A DNA stretch of 64,000 bases from assembly GCA_951406725.2 (NCBI GenBank), contig OX597820.1:71796001-71860000 (forward strand), read 5' to 3'. This stretch comes from Octopus vulgaris (lineage: Eukaryota). This document shows, one piece after another, positions 48,707-62,430 of this stretch. Under the pieces are notes generated by a model, which did not search any database, was not told the origin of the DNA, and saw only the letters and a list, made by a program, of their open reading frames with translations. Position numbers and translations under genes: made by a program. Positions within the stretch are counted from its first letter, which is position 1; each line of letters starts with the position of its first letter.

Positions 48707-51360
48707 TATGTGACGTATGAAAAAGCTGACAGATGGTTGTTGAAGTCTTGAGTAATCCAAGCAGGTAGAGCCTGTGGAAGAGAAAAACTGAAGAAAATGT
48801 GGGAAGATGTGTGGAAGGCTGCTCTCAGAATGCTGAATACCATGAAAGAAATGATTAAAGACTGCAAAAAGTTAGAAAAGAGTAACCCAACCTATGTAAG
48901 TATGGAAAAATGGGCATGACAACAATACTACCTGAACAGGGGTAAACATGTGGATGGAAGATTCACTGAAGAGGTCACAGATGTGTGGCAAAAGATTTCC
49001 AGACAATGGACATAAGAACAATAATAAACGAGTGAGGAATGAATATATAGTGCGTGTGTGTTTATTTGGTACAAGATAAATAAATAAATGACCATCCTGA
49101 AATATAACAATAAATAAATAGAATATGCAAATGAGTAGATCCAGTTCTCTAATGCTGCTGGGTTTGCTGTTGTATGGAAACAAGATAGGATACTTGTTTT
49201 TCTGGAATTGGTCAAGTGATGTAGACACCTCAAGAGACCCCCAATAAGGTTCAAAGATTAAAGTTGTTTGTCATTTTTCAGTCTATGGAGAAGTAGATAA
49301 ATTTGCCCTGTTTGTAAATTAACTATGTAAGTTTACACACATACACACACACACGCAAATATATTTTATCCTTTACTTGTTTCAATCACTGGACTTTGGC
49401 TATGCTGGGACACCACCTTGAAGGGTGAATTGACCCCAGCACTTACTTTGCTTTTAAGCCTGGTACTTACTTTATTGGTCCCCTGTGTTCAACCACTAAC
49501 TTACAGGTGTGTATGTAAACAAATCAAAACTGGTTATTAATTAGTTTGGTGGGCAAACACAAAGATACACACCCATAAATACATACATGCGTGTATAATA
49601 TATATATATATATATAATTTTTATATAATTATTATTTGCACATCTACACATGAGAGGCTTCCACGCAGTTTCCATCTACCTAATTCCCTCAAAAGGCATT
49701 GGTTAGACTGGGGCTATAGTATGAGCCACTCCCCCAAGGTGCAATGGTGTGTGACTGAATCCAAAACCAGTATGGTTGCTAAGTGAGCTTCTTAACCACA
49801 CAGCCATGCCCGTTCCTATCTATAACTTTTATCTTTCACTTGTTTCAGTCTATTGACTGTGGTCATGCTGGGGCACTACCTTGAAGAGTTTGTAGTCAAG
49901 GTAATAGACTTCAGCACTTTTTGTTAAACCTGGTACTCATTCAATCAGTCTCTTTTGTCTCTTTTGCATTGATTCATGTATAAACAGTTGATATATATGC
50001 ACACACACAGGTGTATGCTGGTTCATATATGAGTAATGTTTTGTGCATATTTGAAATATAAAGTTAAGTAATTAAATGGACTGGGAAACACATAATTTTG
50101 ATAAATTTACATGAATACTTTTCTTTTGTAAGGTCATGCTTTTATTTTGAACTTACTGCTTCAGTACCATGTCAGGAATGTTAACAGTTGATTAAATTGG
50201 TCTTTGTATTTGGTTGGTTTTAATAAATGACCCCAGAAAAATAAACAGCAACTTTGTCCCTGGTGAGATTTGAACTTATAAGCTAAACACCTCAAGGAAT
50301 TTCATTTGATATGCTACCTATTCTGATCAATTACTCTCTACTGATTTTTATAATAAAAATTAATCAAAGTTTAGAAAGACATGAATATTGAGGAAGCTAG
50401 CAGAATTCTTGAAGGAGTGTTGAATATTTTAGGAGTGCATTTTCTAACTAGATAATGAAAACAAAGTAAAAAATAAAAGCAACATCTCAGCTTCGTAGAA
50501 TTCAGAGATTCTTCATTAAGTAATTTTATTGAATAACATTATTCTTGTAAGAATCATGTTCCATTTTCATTTATTTTCAAATGTTCATTACTTCCTAAAA
50601 ATATCTAGACTTGCTGCTGCCTTCATTGAGATGAGTGAAAAACTGAAATAAGTATTTGCTGAATTAAAAAGAAAAATCACAAGCCTGTTGACAAATACAA
50701 CTCATGTAAACAGTGATTGCATTTACCAATTTATATCTATTTTTAACGAAATGAGTGAAGCCAATGGCAAAGTATTTTTAGGCAAATAATAGGATTGAAT
50801 AATAAATATATTGATGTAAAGACTTCCTAGAAGTGATACTTGTTTTCCCCTGAAATAAGTAATTATCAAAGGTTCAAAAATATCACCTTTTAGTAAAAAT
50901 ACTTTATATAACAGTTTATTTCATATAAATGTAGACAATTTTAGATTTAGCAATATAAAGAGGGTTTCTCTTTAATAAGAATGTTTTACTTTTTTTCTTT
51001 ATAATTTCTTCAATTAGATCTTATGTGTTATAAATGCTTGACACCACACACCAAGACCTGCTACTTACGTATGAGATTCTGTATGTTTGCTAATTTGACA
51101 TCATGTTTACCATTTCATCTCCTCATTTACTCTTTTGCTGGATTTAGCTTGGTTTTCATTATAGTGATCTCTGTTTGTAAAACTACTAGGTTACAAAATA
51201 TAAAGGGCTTACATAAACATTTCATTTTAGGGTGCTATGAATATACATGAACACACATACACCACACACGCACACACACACGTGCACACACACACCACAC
51301 ACGTATACACACCCACACACACAAATGCACCACAAACATCCACACGCACACATACACACG

Positions 51361-51399
<39 letters not shown>

Positions 51400-52269
51400 A
51401 AATGCACCATCAACCCCCAAGCAAGCACATCATTCCCCCTAAACCCCTCACACACTCACAATAGGCTTCTACAGTTTTCATCTACCTAGGCAACCAATGG
51501 TTGAAATAGAAAACACTTACCAGAGGTGATGTAAAGCGAGATCAAAGCTAGAACCACACAGATGCAATGCTTCTCAATCACACAGCTACATTGGTTATTG
51601 TATGTTCTGTTCTTTAGCTGCAGGTTAATCTTTATCAAAGAAAACAATAATTAAAAGCAATAACTTTTCCAGTCATGCCCACCCCTAAACTAGATAGTCA
51701 TAGTTATAATTCAATTAGGATCACTAAATATCATATTATTACATGTGTCCATTTTGTTTAAGACAGTTGTGTTTGCTTTGAACAATATTTGGCTGCTGTT
51801 TTTAGCATGTCATACAAACATGTAGAGCTTCTTTCAGTTTGATTCTGCTCATGTTTCATTCATAAGCGACTGTATGAAAAACACAGCGTAGCATTATTTC
51901 TATTATCCTCCTTTCAAAAATGACATTGTTTATGCTTTATGTTTTCAATTATATAAACTAAAAGTTTCTCCAAAATCAAATGACTGGAGGCATTTTTAAC
52001 ACCACCTTCTTGGTTGTGAAATAACTTCTTTCTTTAATTTCATTTTTGTATTTGGTTTGTAAAATTCTTGATATGAACCAGTGTGTTCAAACAGATTTTG
52101 TTATATCTCAGGAAAGTCATTATGCCAATACATGCACTGATTTTATCTCACTTCCTATTATTGTTTCTTTTATGCACTACAGATTAGATTGTTGGAAAAA
52201 ATTCTGAACATCAGGCTACAACAAGTAACCTCAGATGCCAAAACCCTTCCTAAGTATCCTACTATTATT

Positions 52270-52633
52270 ATTATCTCTGCCTTTGCTAAGGTGGAGGTAT
52301 TGTTTTCAGTCGTGTTTGTTTGTTTGTCCATGGACAAGATATCTAAAGAACTGCTGGATAGATTTGAATGAAACTTTCAGGGATGTTTAGCTTCATGACT
52401 GGCATGAACTGATTAGATTTTAGGATTGATCCGGTACCGGACAATGATTCTGAATTATTTTTCCTTTTTTTTTTACTTAATTTTTGAGAGTGGTCAGGTT
52501 CATTTTTAGTATTCTCATTTGTGAGAGCAGTCGAGTTTATTTCAGATATTCTCATTTTAAAAATCATCTCAGGCTGATCGTTGAGAGGACATTGGTGTTG
52601 CCTTGGTGGAGGTTTGTACTCCCTGAGTGCTCT
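52270..52633 (+). mobile_element. Helentron-associated (HINE/DINE-1-like) non-autonomous element
   Basis: 5' atctctgcc...aaggtggaggt, a (GTTT)n tract, then 3' subterminal ccttggtggaggt followed by the small hairpin gtactc-cct-gagtgc. A partial second copy lies at 63543-63730. Confidence 0.65.
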
Positions 52634-52636
52634 TGA

Positions 52637-52650
52637 TATTATTATTGTTA

Positions 52651-52729
<79 letters not shown>

Positions 52730-52983
52730 GGCGGTGAGCTGACAGAATCGTTAGCATGCTAGACGAAATGCTTAGCAGTATTTCACTCATTGCTATGTTC
52801 TGAGGACAAATTCCGTCAAGGTTGACTTTGCCATTCACCCTTTCAGGGTTGATAAATTAAGTAACAGTGAAACACTGGGGTCGATGTAATTGGTTAGTCC
52901 CATCCCCCAATTTTCAGGCCTTGTGCTTATAGTGAAAAAGGATTATTATTATTATCATTATTATTATTATTATTATTATTAGC

Positions 52984-53031
<48 letters not shown>

Positions 53032-53350
53032 TGTAGTAGTAAGGCGGCAAGCTGGCAGAATCATGAGCATGCTGGATGAAATGCTTAGCGGTATTTCGTC
53101 TGCTGCTATGTTCTGAGTTCAAATTCTGCTGAGGTCGACTTTGCCTTTCATCCTTTCGAGGTCGATAAATTAAGTACCAGTGAAACACTGGGATTGATGT
53201 AATCAACTAGACCCCTCCCCCACACAATTTCAGGCCTTGTGCCTATAGTAGAAAAGATTATTATTATTATTATTAGCAGCAGCAGCAGTTGTAGTAGTAG
53301 TGGTGGTAGAAGTAGTAGTAGTAGTAGCAGCAGCAGCAGCAGCAACAATA
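52637..53350 (+). mobile_element. Two tandem Meta-domain-like SINEs (52728-52945, 53042-53256) embedded in (TTA)n/(TAG)n/(CAG)n microsatellites
   Basis: aaggcggcaagctggcagaatc...gttctgagttcaaattctgctgaggtcgactttgcctttcatcctttcgaggtcgataaattaagtaccagtg...ggccttgtgcctatagtagaaaag, followed by (ATT)n. Confidence 0.9.
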
Positions 53351-54504
53351 GCAGCAGTCATTTGGTTAAGCTGTTAATCAACTGATCAATTTTATGATTA
53401 CTTATTCAGGCAGCCAAAATCCTTTCGTTGCCATTGAGGACCTCATTAATTATATGCCCTTTCTGTTGAAGGTCTGCTTCAGGTTTGTCTGCTGACTTTC
53501 AGGTTATAACCTTTCTCTACTGACAAACTAGATGGAAGTTTGTATGACTGTTTTTTCAATTCTTTCATTCATCAACTGTTTTCAGCTATTAGACTTTGAT
53601 CACGTTGGGAAAATCATCTTCTAAAGTGTAGTTGATCTTGGTAAGATTAGAAACAAAATAGACCTAGCTGCCAGTTGTACTTAGGTTGCAAAAAGATGGA
53701 CCAAATAACACAAGGTATTTCTTGTGATACTGTACTGATTCTGACATTAACTCATCATTGACAATAATTGTGATCAACTCAAATCCAGTGGATAAATTCA
53801 TCAATATCAAGCAAATATTTTTCTTTTTATAAATTAATCAAACCGTCAAACTCATTTCAATCTTTGGATTTGTTTCAGCAATATTTCACTGCTATCTCTA
53901 GCAGCTCAGATGACCAACTAGAGTCTTCATCACCTCTATCTATTTATTTATTTATTTATTTATGAACAAACTCTATACTTAAGCAAGAACAAATGAGGTT
54001 GTTTGAAGTAGTCTGCCACAGCCATTACAGTTAGTTACAATACTTCTAAAATGCTTATATACTTAACATTTGTGTGACAAAGACTGCAAGCTGGAAAAAT
54101 AATAGAATGACTAGCTGGTATAAACAGTGTAGATTGTTGGTTGTCTTTTGTGCTTCAGAGGATCTCTGGAATTCTCAAGGAAGAATTTAGATATCTGTTG
54201 GCTAGTTGATATTAGTTTATTCTTTTTAAAATTGGGGTAGAATGGCCATTTCTGTGAGGTGTGTGTGGGGGCCACAGGATTTTGAATCATTGTCAAATGC
54301 TTGTGTTTTATCTAACTCTGTCCATGAGATGATGGTGGTCAATGTTATGATGTACAACAGGCAACAAGCAATGATGTACCCCTCTTATGTAATATAGATT
54401 TTGCTTTATAACTTCTCCCTGTTGACTTGTAAAGTAGGACCAACTGAACAAAACTGGTTTGGATGCATGTAATCTATGTTTATTTTACTAAAGTTGACAC
54501 ACAC

Positions 54505-54547
<43 letters not shown>

Positions 54548-54897
54548 CTCACACACACACACACACACACACACACGAATTCAGATATTAAAGCCTGTAA
54601 ATGAGGAAATGGGAAATATGTTGTTTATCTAAATCAAAGTGATTTGCATCTTGTGTTTGATGCCACCCTAATCATTTGACTGGCTGCTTTTCTGTGTGTT
54701 TTTGCTTTTTTCCATTTTGTCATTTTTGTATTTTATACTAATTTTTATAGATTCTTTTGGGTTCATTTTTCAAGGCTTGGCTATTGTTTTCATTGGCTTG
54801 TTGCTTAATCTTCTTTTCTCAAGATAGTCCTTTTTATCAGTCATGCGGTCACTTCTCATCTCTAAAAGCAGCAGTTGTCTCCATTGGTATTTTTTGT

Positions 54898-55115
54898 TGA
54901 GGGGATGCTGAAAAGTTCCTGGTTTTGGATAAAAGAAAATACAGGAGGATCATTTAATTATGATTTTTATTTAAAATATTCCCTTCTCGGATTCACAAAC
55001 TTATTGCAGTGGTCCTTCAGTTTTCCTAAGCCCTATGAAAGAACTTGGAAGCGTGGGCCTCTAACCAGACCTTTCGTGATACCCTTAAAACCAGGAACTT
55101 TTCAACATCCCCTTG
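54898..55115. mobile_element. Tc1/mariner-type MITE
   Basis: TIRs gaggggatgctgaaaagttcctgg and ccaggaacttttcaacatccccttg. Confidence 0.85.
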
Positions 55116-55359
55116 TGTATCCAGTTTCATTAGATTGTTGTTCTGTTAAGTCTTTACTGACTCGGTGAGGTATTTATGTCTTTTTGTGTGTATGTGTATG
55201 TATGTGTGTGTCTGTGTGTATTATGAGTATTTCCTTCTGTATCTCTAAATTGTCATTCAATTTCCAAGGTAAATTTGCTGGTAGGTGTAAACTCTTATTG
55301 TTATGGTTGGCATTGCTGTATCTCTATTGCTATCTCTACTGCTTATACATCATTTACAC

Positions 55360-55975
55360 ATGTGTTATAGTTTTCAAAAATGAATTTATTCTGGTGTCTG
55401 AAAAGTGATGTCTTCATATTTTTACTGCTGAGCCAACATATTTATTGTGTAATTATTTTACATCTCTCAGCGATTCACAGGAATATATTCAAAAGTTTTA
55501 CAGAATGGACAGTGCTGTCTATTATTATTGGACAGTTTCTTCAACATTTTCTTCCTTAGATCCCAAATGTACATTATAAGAGACAAGGCATTCTATCTAT
55601 AAATAATACACAACAACTCTTGAACATATCACTTCTAGTTCTGATATAATTTTAACACTTTTTCCTTCTTAAAGTAAATCGCTTCCACTTAAGATAATTT
55701 ACATTTAACAAGCTTGTTTTTAATATCGTGAAGGTGCTTTATTTTTCAGTATGGACTGATGGTATTTGGTTAATTTTAGCTTGTGTAGCATCCTTTTTAT
55801 TTCTTGTGCAGCTGTAGCTAACTTTTGTGTTGTTCCTATTAAATAGCTCAGTGTTTCTACAGGTATTTGGAAGTGTTTTATGATTACTGTTATAAAATTT
55901 TTGTGCTACATTGATTACTACATTTGAGCAAGAAGTTGTATTGGACTCGATGATGCTTTCTTTCTGGTTCTTGGA
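55360..55975 (-). mobile_element. Decayed Penelope-like element ORF (RT/GIY-YIG linker and C-terminus)
   Basis: Minus strand IIESNTTSCSNVVINVAQKF...LFNRNNTKVSYSCTRN matches the recalled PLE pattern IIWFNPPFS.NV.TN...KF...IFNRNTVKVSYSCM.N. Downstream L*IAERCKIIT and RHQNKFIFENY match LCL.EK..I and CRH.NKF.L.N. Confidence 0.75.
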
Positions 55976-56448
55976 AAGAGAGAGATAGAGATAAGATAGA
56001 TAGAGGGAGAGAGAGAGAGAACAAAAGAGGGGAGAAGAAAGAGAGAGAGAAGGGAGTATCACAATGAAGAAACTGTTCTATTAATAAAGTTATATAACAC
56101 CATCATCTTCATTTTTTGGCTGCTTACTATATATCTATATAAAATGGACACTCTTGTTAATTTTGATGTATAACTGACCAGGTGAACAGTTGATCAATCA
56201 ATGGGAGAAAGTGGTTGAGTATACCATAGATGTGTGTGCCATTAATGTAATTGTCAAGTTGAATTACCATGATACTGTGTGATTGGAATGTACTTGTTAG
56301 GAATGAATATGATACAGTTTATCTACAGGCTTCTAAACAGTTTCCATTTATCCAGTTTCACTCACATAACTTGGGTAGACCTGAGGCCATGATTAAGACA
56401 CTTACCTAAGATACCAGTTTTTGCTTTGAACCTGAAGCCTAAGGCTTG

Positions 56449-57509
56449 CAATGCAAACTTCTTACCCAATCAGCTACACTTGTATGTATATATGCATGTG
56501 TATATACATGTTTGTATACACATGCATGTACACACACACACACATCCAAACATAGGAAAGGCTGTGTCAATTTGTATTTTGCTGTGTAATGACATGAGAT
56601 CCAGTTCTCTTCTACTGTGTGACATCTTTGACAAATGTTTTTTACTCTAGTTTTGGACTGACCAATGCCTTGTGAGAGGAATTGGTAATCAGAAAACGTA
56701 TCAGAACTCTTCACACATACGTGTGTGTATGTCTTTGTCTATGTGCACATGTTTGTCGATATTCCATGTTTTCATAGGTCACTGATGTCATATTTACATT
56801 CCCTGTACACAGTTCATGCTGTCACTGTTTTCAAAGACCAGTAGAATAAAAACCCGCTTATTTGAAAAATGGGTAAAGGCTTGTAACAGGAAAAGCATTC
56901 AGCCATAATATATTACCCCAAATAAATTTCTAACTAATCCATGCCTGCATAGTTAAAATGAACTTTACCAAATTGACAAACCAACCATCAGCAAGTTCAT
57001 TTTAACTATGCAGGCATGGATTAGTTAGAAATTTATTTGGGGTAATATATTATGGCTGAATGCTTTTCCTGTTACAAGCCTTTACCCATTTTTCAAATAA
57101 GCGGGTTTTTATTCTACTGGTCTTTGAAAACAGTGACAGCATGAACTGTGTACAGGGAATGTAAATATGACATCAGTGACCTATGAAAACATGGAATATC
57201 GACAAACATGTGCACATAGACAAAGACATACACACACGTATGTGTGAAGAGTTCTGATACGTTTTCTGATTACCAATTCCTCTCACAAGGCATTGGTCAG
57301 TCCAAAACTAGAGTAAAAAACATTTGTCAAAGATGTCACACAGTAGAAGAGAACTGGATCTCATGTCATTACACAGCAAAATACAAATTGACACAGCCTT
57401 TCCTATGTTTGGATGTGTGTGTGTGTGTACATGCATGTGTATACAAACATGTATATACACATGCATATATACATACAAGTGTAGCTGATTGGGTAAGAAG
57501 TTTGCATTG
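56449..57509. repeat. Apparently perfect inverted repeat: 517-bp arms (56449-56965 and 56993-57509), 27-nt spacer
   Basis: Arms are reverse complements wherever compared, and the coordinate sums agree at both ends (113958). The ORF track gives identical peptides on opposite strands (56439-56714 minus, 57244-57597 plus). Confidence 0.97.
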
Positions 57510-57537
57510 TATATATTGTATATATATATACACACAT

Positions 57538-57568
<31 letters not shown>

Positions 57569-57593
57569 CATATATATATACACATACATACAA

Positions 57594-57807
57594 ATAGACG
57601 ATAAGAAAATGGAGGAAAAATAACAATAAGAAGTGTGTCTTTTGCGCTAGGAAGCCATTATTTAATTAGTTAAGAAAGGTAAGAGTATGATCGTTTCTGT
57701 GTAAATTCACTCTTACTCTCACCTTTCTTAACTGATTAACTAATGGCTTCCTAGCACAAAAAACACACTTCTTATTGTTATTTTTCCTCCATTTTCTTAT
57801 CATCTAT
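57594..57807. repeat. Fold-back hairpin (arms 57594-57687 and 57714-57807, 26-nt loop), probable PLE remnant
   Basis: atagacgataagaaaatggaggaaaaataacaataagaagtgtg...aagaaaggtaagagta pairs with tactctcacctttctt...cacacttcttattgttatttttcctccattttcttatcatctat, with a few mismatches. Confidence 0.9.
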
Positions 57808-57999
57808 ATAAATTAAACTATGGTTTACCCTTTAATTTACTTGCTGCTATATACCTTATACCAAGGATTACACTTACTGTGGTAATTACCAGGAGTAGAT
57901 ACATTTATTCCTTAGAGGATTTAAACACCTCTAACTCATACCTGCATACACACACACATATATATATATATATACACACATACATATATATATATACAC

Positions 58000-58048
<49 letters not shown>

Positions 58049-58066
58049 AAGTATATGCATATACAC

Positions 58067-58098
<32 letters not shown>

Positions 58099-58380
58099 AA
58101 TTTTATATGCTTAATTCTGGAACATGACACATTGATAGGAAACAATTTCTGAAGCAGTCTGTCAGAGATGAGAAAAGGATAAAAGTTCAATTTAAAGTTA
58201 AAAAAATTGTTATTAAAAATTGTCAAAAATAGATACAGGAAAAAAAAAAATCATGTTTTGTAATTATTATATGAAGGAAAAGAGAGAACAGTACATTTCC
58301 AGCAAGATTTCTCTTTTGTATAGAATAAAGAATAGTCAATGAAAAGTGATTTTTACAGTTTGTAGAAAACTGTGTGTGTG

Positions 58381-58423
<43 letters not shown>

Positions 58424-60779
58424 GATAGATCGCCAGGTGGGCAAGCATGCAGACAGGCAGAGTAATGAATGATACTGTAGCAAAAATAAATAAATGAATA
58501 AATAAATATATAGAAATAAAATAAAACAAAAATACAGGAAATCATTGAACAGTTTGCTGCATTAACCTATTAGAGGTCTCATTATCTGCTGTCACAGTTC
58601 AAGTATTATTCTAAATAGTTTGTATGGTCCTCAAAAGAAAACCATATAATTCAAAACTATAATGATTTATTGTCCACTTGTTCAAATTTGTATAACAACT
58701 TTTTATTTCAATTACTTTAGTGAAAATGATAATTTGATTCATTGATGCCAAGCATCATTAAGGTAGTCTAAGATACTGCATTCAGTAATTACTGCAGAGT
58801 TCAGTAAAATATTGATCAAATGGATGAACTTCATGAAGGAATACGTGTTTTCAATGGTTGGGTTACTTATAATTTGTTAAATAATTATGTTGTTGTTGTT
58901 GTTGTTATTTAACACCAGGTCATCTCTAATCAAACAAATCTTGGATCAAAGAATATCGAACACAGACAATACATCTTTTCAATGTTTTATTCTCTTTTCA
59001 GAAATTAAAATGGAATTTTAGGATGACTTGGTTGTTACATTTATTAGATCTTATGACCATGTTAAAGCTTTCATTTTGGTTTAAATGACTGCATAGAGGA
59101 TCCTGAAGTGGCTAATTATGTCTAGTTATATTGTGTTGGGTATTTCTTCATATCCTGATATTCTGTAGTTGAAATGTCTGCAGTGTCGAAATACATTTGT
59201 TTCTATGTCTAAAATTCTTAGCATAATTTCTCAAAATGTGACTGTAGCTAAGTCTCATATTATAGTTCTATTATTTCCTCTTTGACTGTCCATATTTTGA
59301 ATGTTTAATTCATCTGGTAAGTTCCAATGCTTCATGAAAAAAAAAAGATTTCTCATCGACTTTTGACAGCTGTTTGGTGCCAGTACAAATTTAAAATTCC
59401 AATAATCTAAATTCTATTGTAACAATAGAATTTCTGCTTTGATAGATCTTCTTTTAGTATGTTAATTCCAAAATTGGAGAATTTAATATTTAAATTATGA
59501 TGAAATAACATCCTAAAAGTTCACACATCATTTGCATTGGCAACCAGTTAAAAGTTTATGATAAGAAAGTTTAATATATACATCTGAATTAATGTTCCCC
59601 AAACAAGTACACATGCAGAACTTTCCATTTATTTTACTTTATGACTGTCACTAAAGTAATGCTATGAAGCATTGGAAACAATTTATTAAAACAATGCAGT
59701 TTAACTTTTTAAAGTCAAGTTCAGTAGATTGGAAACTAAATCGTTGGTTATTAAACTTACAAACTACCACAACCACCACAAAAACAAAACATTTTACAAA
59801 TTTTTACTTTTGTTCTTATTTAATGATAATCAAAGTTATAATTTACATACATCTTTTTTTTTCGCTAATGAGTTGGACAAGTTTTAAAAGTTTAAAAATC
59901 ATTTCCATCTGATTAAACATGGAAATTTGTCCAGTAACTTTTACTCCACTCCTACATCAGAAACACTGTACTGAACAATCAGTCTATCAAATATGCTTAA
60001 AAAGACATTCTGATGTTTGTCATACTGCTTTCATTGCCTTCAGATTGAGTTGCAATTCTTGCAGCAATTTATATATTTATATTCAAATTCCAAGGATTTC
60101 ATCAGACTTACATATTCAAACATGTAAGGCAGATAAATATGTATTGTTTTGTATTTCAACATTAATCATGATTTAAACTGTATGACTGTATGGATATAAT
60201 AAAAGTCACAAAATATACTAAAATTTCTAATACATTAGAAGTAAATTCTTCCTAAAATAGAAATTGGAAACTTAATCTGTTTTTTGATATCAAGAAAATA
60301 ATTCATTCTATAAATATATTTTGTGATTATATTCCAAAACTTACAAAATATGACATAAATATAACTCTGATAAATATGCAAGCATTTAAAGAAACTTTTA
60401 CATTGCTGACTTGTAACATGCAAATATCAATTTAGGCAATTTTGAACAATCTCAATTATTTGAAATATGGTAAGAATATTTAAAATGGAAGATTTTCAAC
60501 TTAAATCTTCTGCTTGTTTCACTATATCTTGATTCATAATTTGCTTTTGTTGCATTAGACACTCAAATTTAATCATACATTAAGTGCAGATCCATGGAAA
60601 GAAAAACAATTAGCAAAATATGACAGAGAAAAAAAGACAGCACCCAGAATCCTTTTCAGAGCTTCTATAACTAATGGATATCTCATGAACTCTGCATATC
60701 TAGCAAACTCTGATAAAAGCATTTGAAGGTTTGGTGATGGTATTAAGAATTTTAACAGACCAAGTCTACTGCCCACACT

Positions 60780-61007
60780 TTAACTCATTATCATTCAGAT
60801 TATTCTGTTAAATATAATGCTTATTTACTCACATTGTTTTTAATTAATCATGGATTATCTTGTAGTTTAGAGATTTTAATGATATGCTTGTTTAGTTTTA
60901 GAATGGCATTGTAAGGCTGGTGTGCGAAGCTGGATCTCGCCAGTTTTAACATAAAACAAGCTAAATAGTTTGGCCTGATAAGGCTGGTTTGAATGCTGAA
61001 AGGTTAA
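60780..61007. mobile_element. TTAA-flanked MITE, same family as 30422-30648
   Basis: TTAA-ctcattatcattcagattattctg ... gaatgctgaaagg-TTAA, colinear with the 30422 copy. Confidence 0.82.
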
Positions 61008-62147
61008 ACAAATAAAATTTTTTAAATGGTTAAAAGACAAATTATGTTTGAAAACTAATGCGACAATTTGATCAAAGACTAAGTACTAAATGGTTGCAAA
61101 AGAGTAAAAATTAATGCTTTTAATATTTAAGGGATATGTTATATGATGCCATTGTGAAGAAATAAGTGATGTAACTTTTTGAAACAGAATCAATAAATTC
61201 TTCTGTTGATCTGCAGCTTTCTTTACGCTAACATAGTTAATGCATACAATTCAAGTGAGCAAAATAGAATTGATTGCTTCTGTCAGATGAAAAAAAAATT
61301 AGCAACACTACTATCAAATCTATAAATATTGTTTTTCCTAAAGAAATTCTTAGATATTTATTCACTGAAAATCTTGGCAATATTAAAAAACAAAATCTCT
61401 AAACACAGGATCTGAAGTTGTATTATCTTTAAAAATGTCTTTTTCTTTACAAAATAAGAGTGAGTTTCCTATGAGCTAGTAGTCCTCATGATACTTCTGT
61501 AATATTCAATTGGTTTATAGGTTCCAAAAAAAGAAAAACAGAAAATATCAATAGATTAAATCTATAAAATCTGAAGTTATCAGCTACAACAAATCACAAC
61601 TTGTATGTTCAGTAAGAAAACAATAATAACAACCACAAAAAGAAAAAAAAAACAATATTAGTAATGAAGCGGAAGACTGCTTCCAAATGGCAGCTTCCTA
61701 CTTTTGTGAGATAGGTATCAAACACACAATCAGGGACCAGAACTGACTGAAGGTCAGTATAATTTCAAATCTCTGTAATGAGAGACAAGTATTGTCCATT
61801 GCTGCTAACTACAGCTTTTTCAATTATTTGCCTAGGAACTGAACTGTTTCTTATACCAACTTTGGCCTTCCTATCACCTCAGGATATAGTCATTGACAAG
61901 CAATCAGCAAGCCTAGCTTAATTGATATAGTACATGTGAGAAAGTTAATTACAATAAGACCTAAAAGCCATTTCAGTGTCTAAAGATAAATTTAAAATGC
62001 TTCAACTAATTTAGGCATCTCAAATGTTAAGTAATCTGCAATATAAGAGGTCATCTGTTTCATTTGGTCTTCTGAATATTTTGCTTCAGTTTTACTGAAT
62101 CTGATACATGTTTGCAGAATACGTTAGGTATAAATAGCTTTTGCTGC

Positions 62148-62430
62148 TCTTCTCCTTCTTCTTCTTCTTCTTCTTCTTCTTCTTCTTCTTCTTCTTCTTC
62201 TTCTTCTTCTTCTTCTTCTTCTTCTTCTTCTTCTTCTTCTTCTTCTTCTCCTCCTTTCTTCTCCTCTTCTTCTTCTTCTTCTTCTTCTTCTTCTTCTTCT
62301 TCTTCTTCTTCTTCTTCTTTTTCTTCTTCTTCTTCTTCTTCTTCTTCTTCTTCTTCTTCTTCTTCTACTACTACTTCTTCTTCCTCCTCCTCCTCCTTCT
62401 CTTCCTCCTCATCCCCCACCTCTCCTCCTT
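62148..62430. repeat. Long (TTC)n/(GAA)n microsatellite with (TCC) and (TAC) variants
   Basis: Read directly from the sequence. Source of the poly-E, poly-S and poly-F ORFs. Confidence 0.97.

Noticed and set aside
60559-60726. AG-preceded open frame TLKFNHTLSADPWKEKQLAK... as a terminal exon
   Set aside because: No resemblance to the SPO11 C-terminus or to any protein I recognise.
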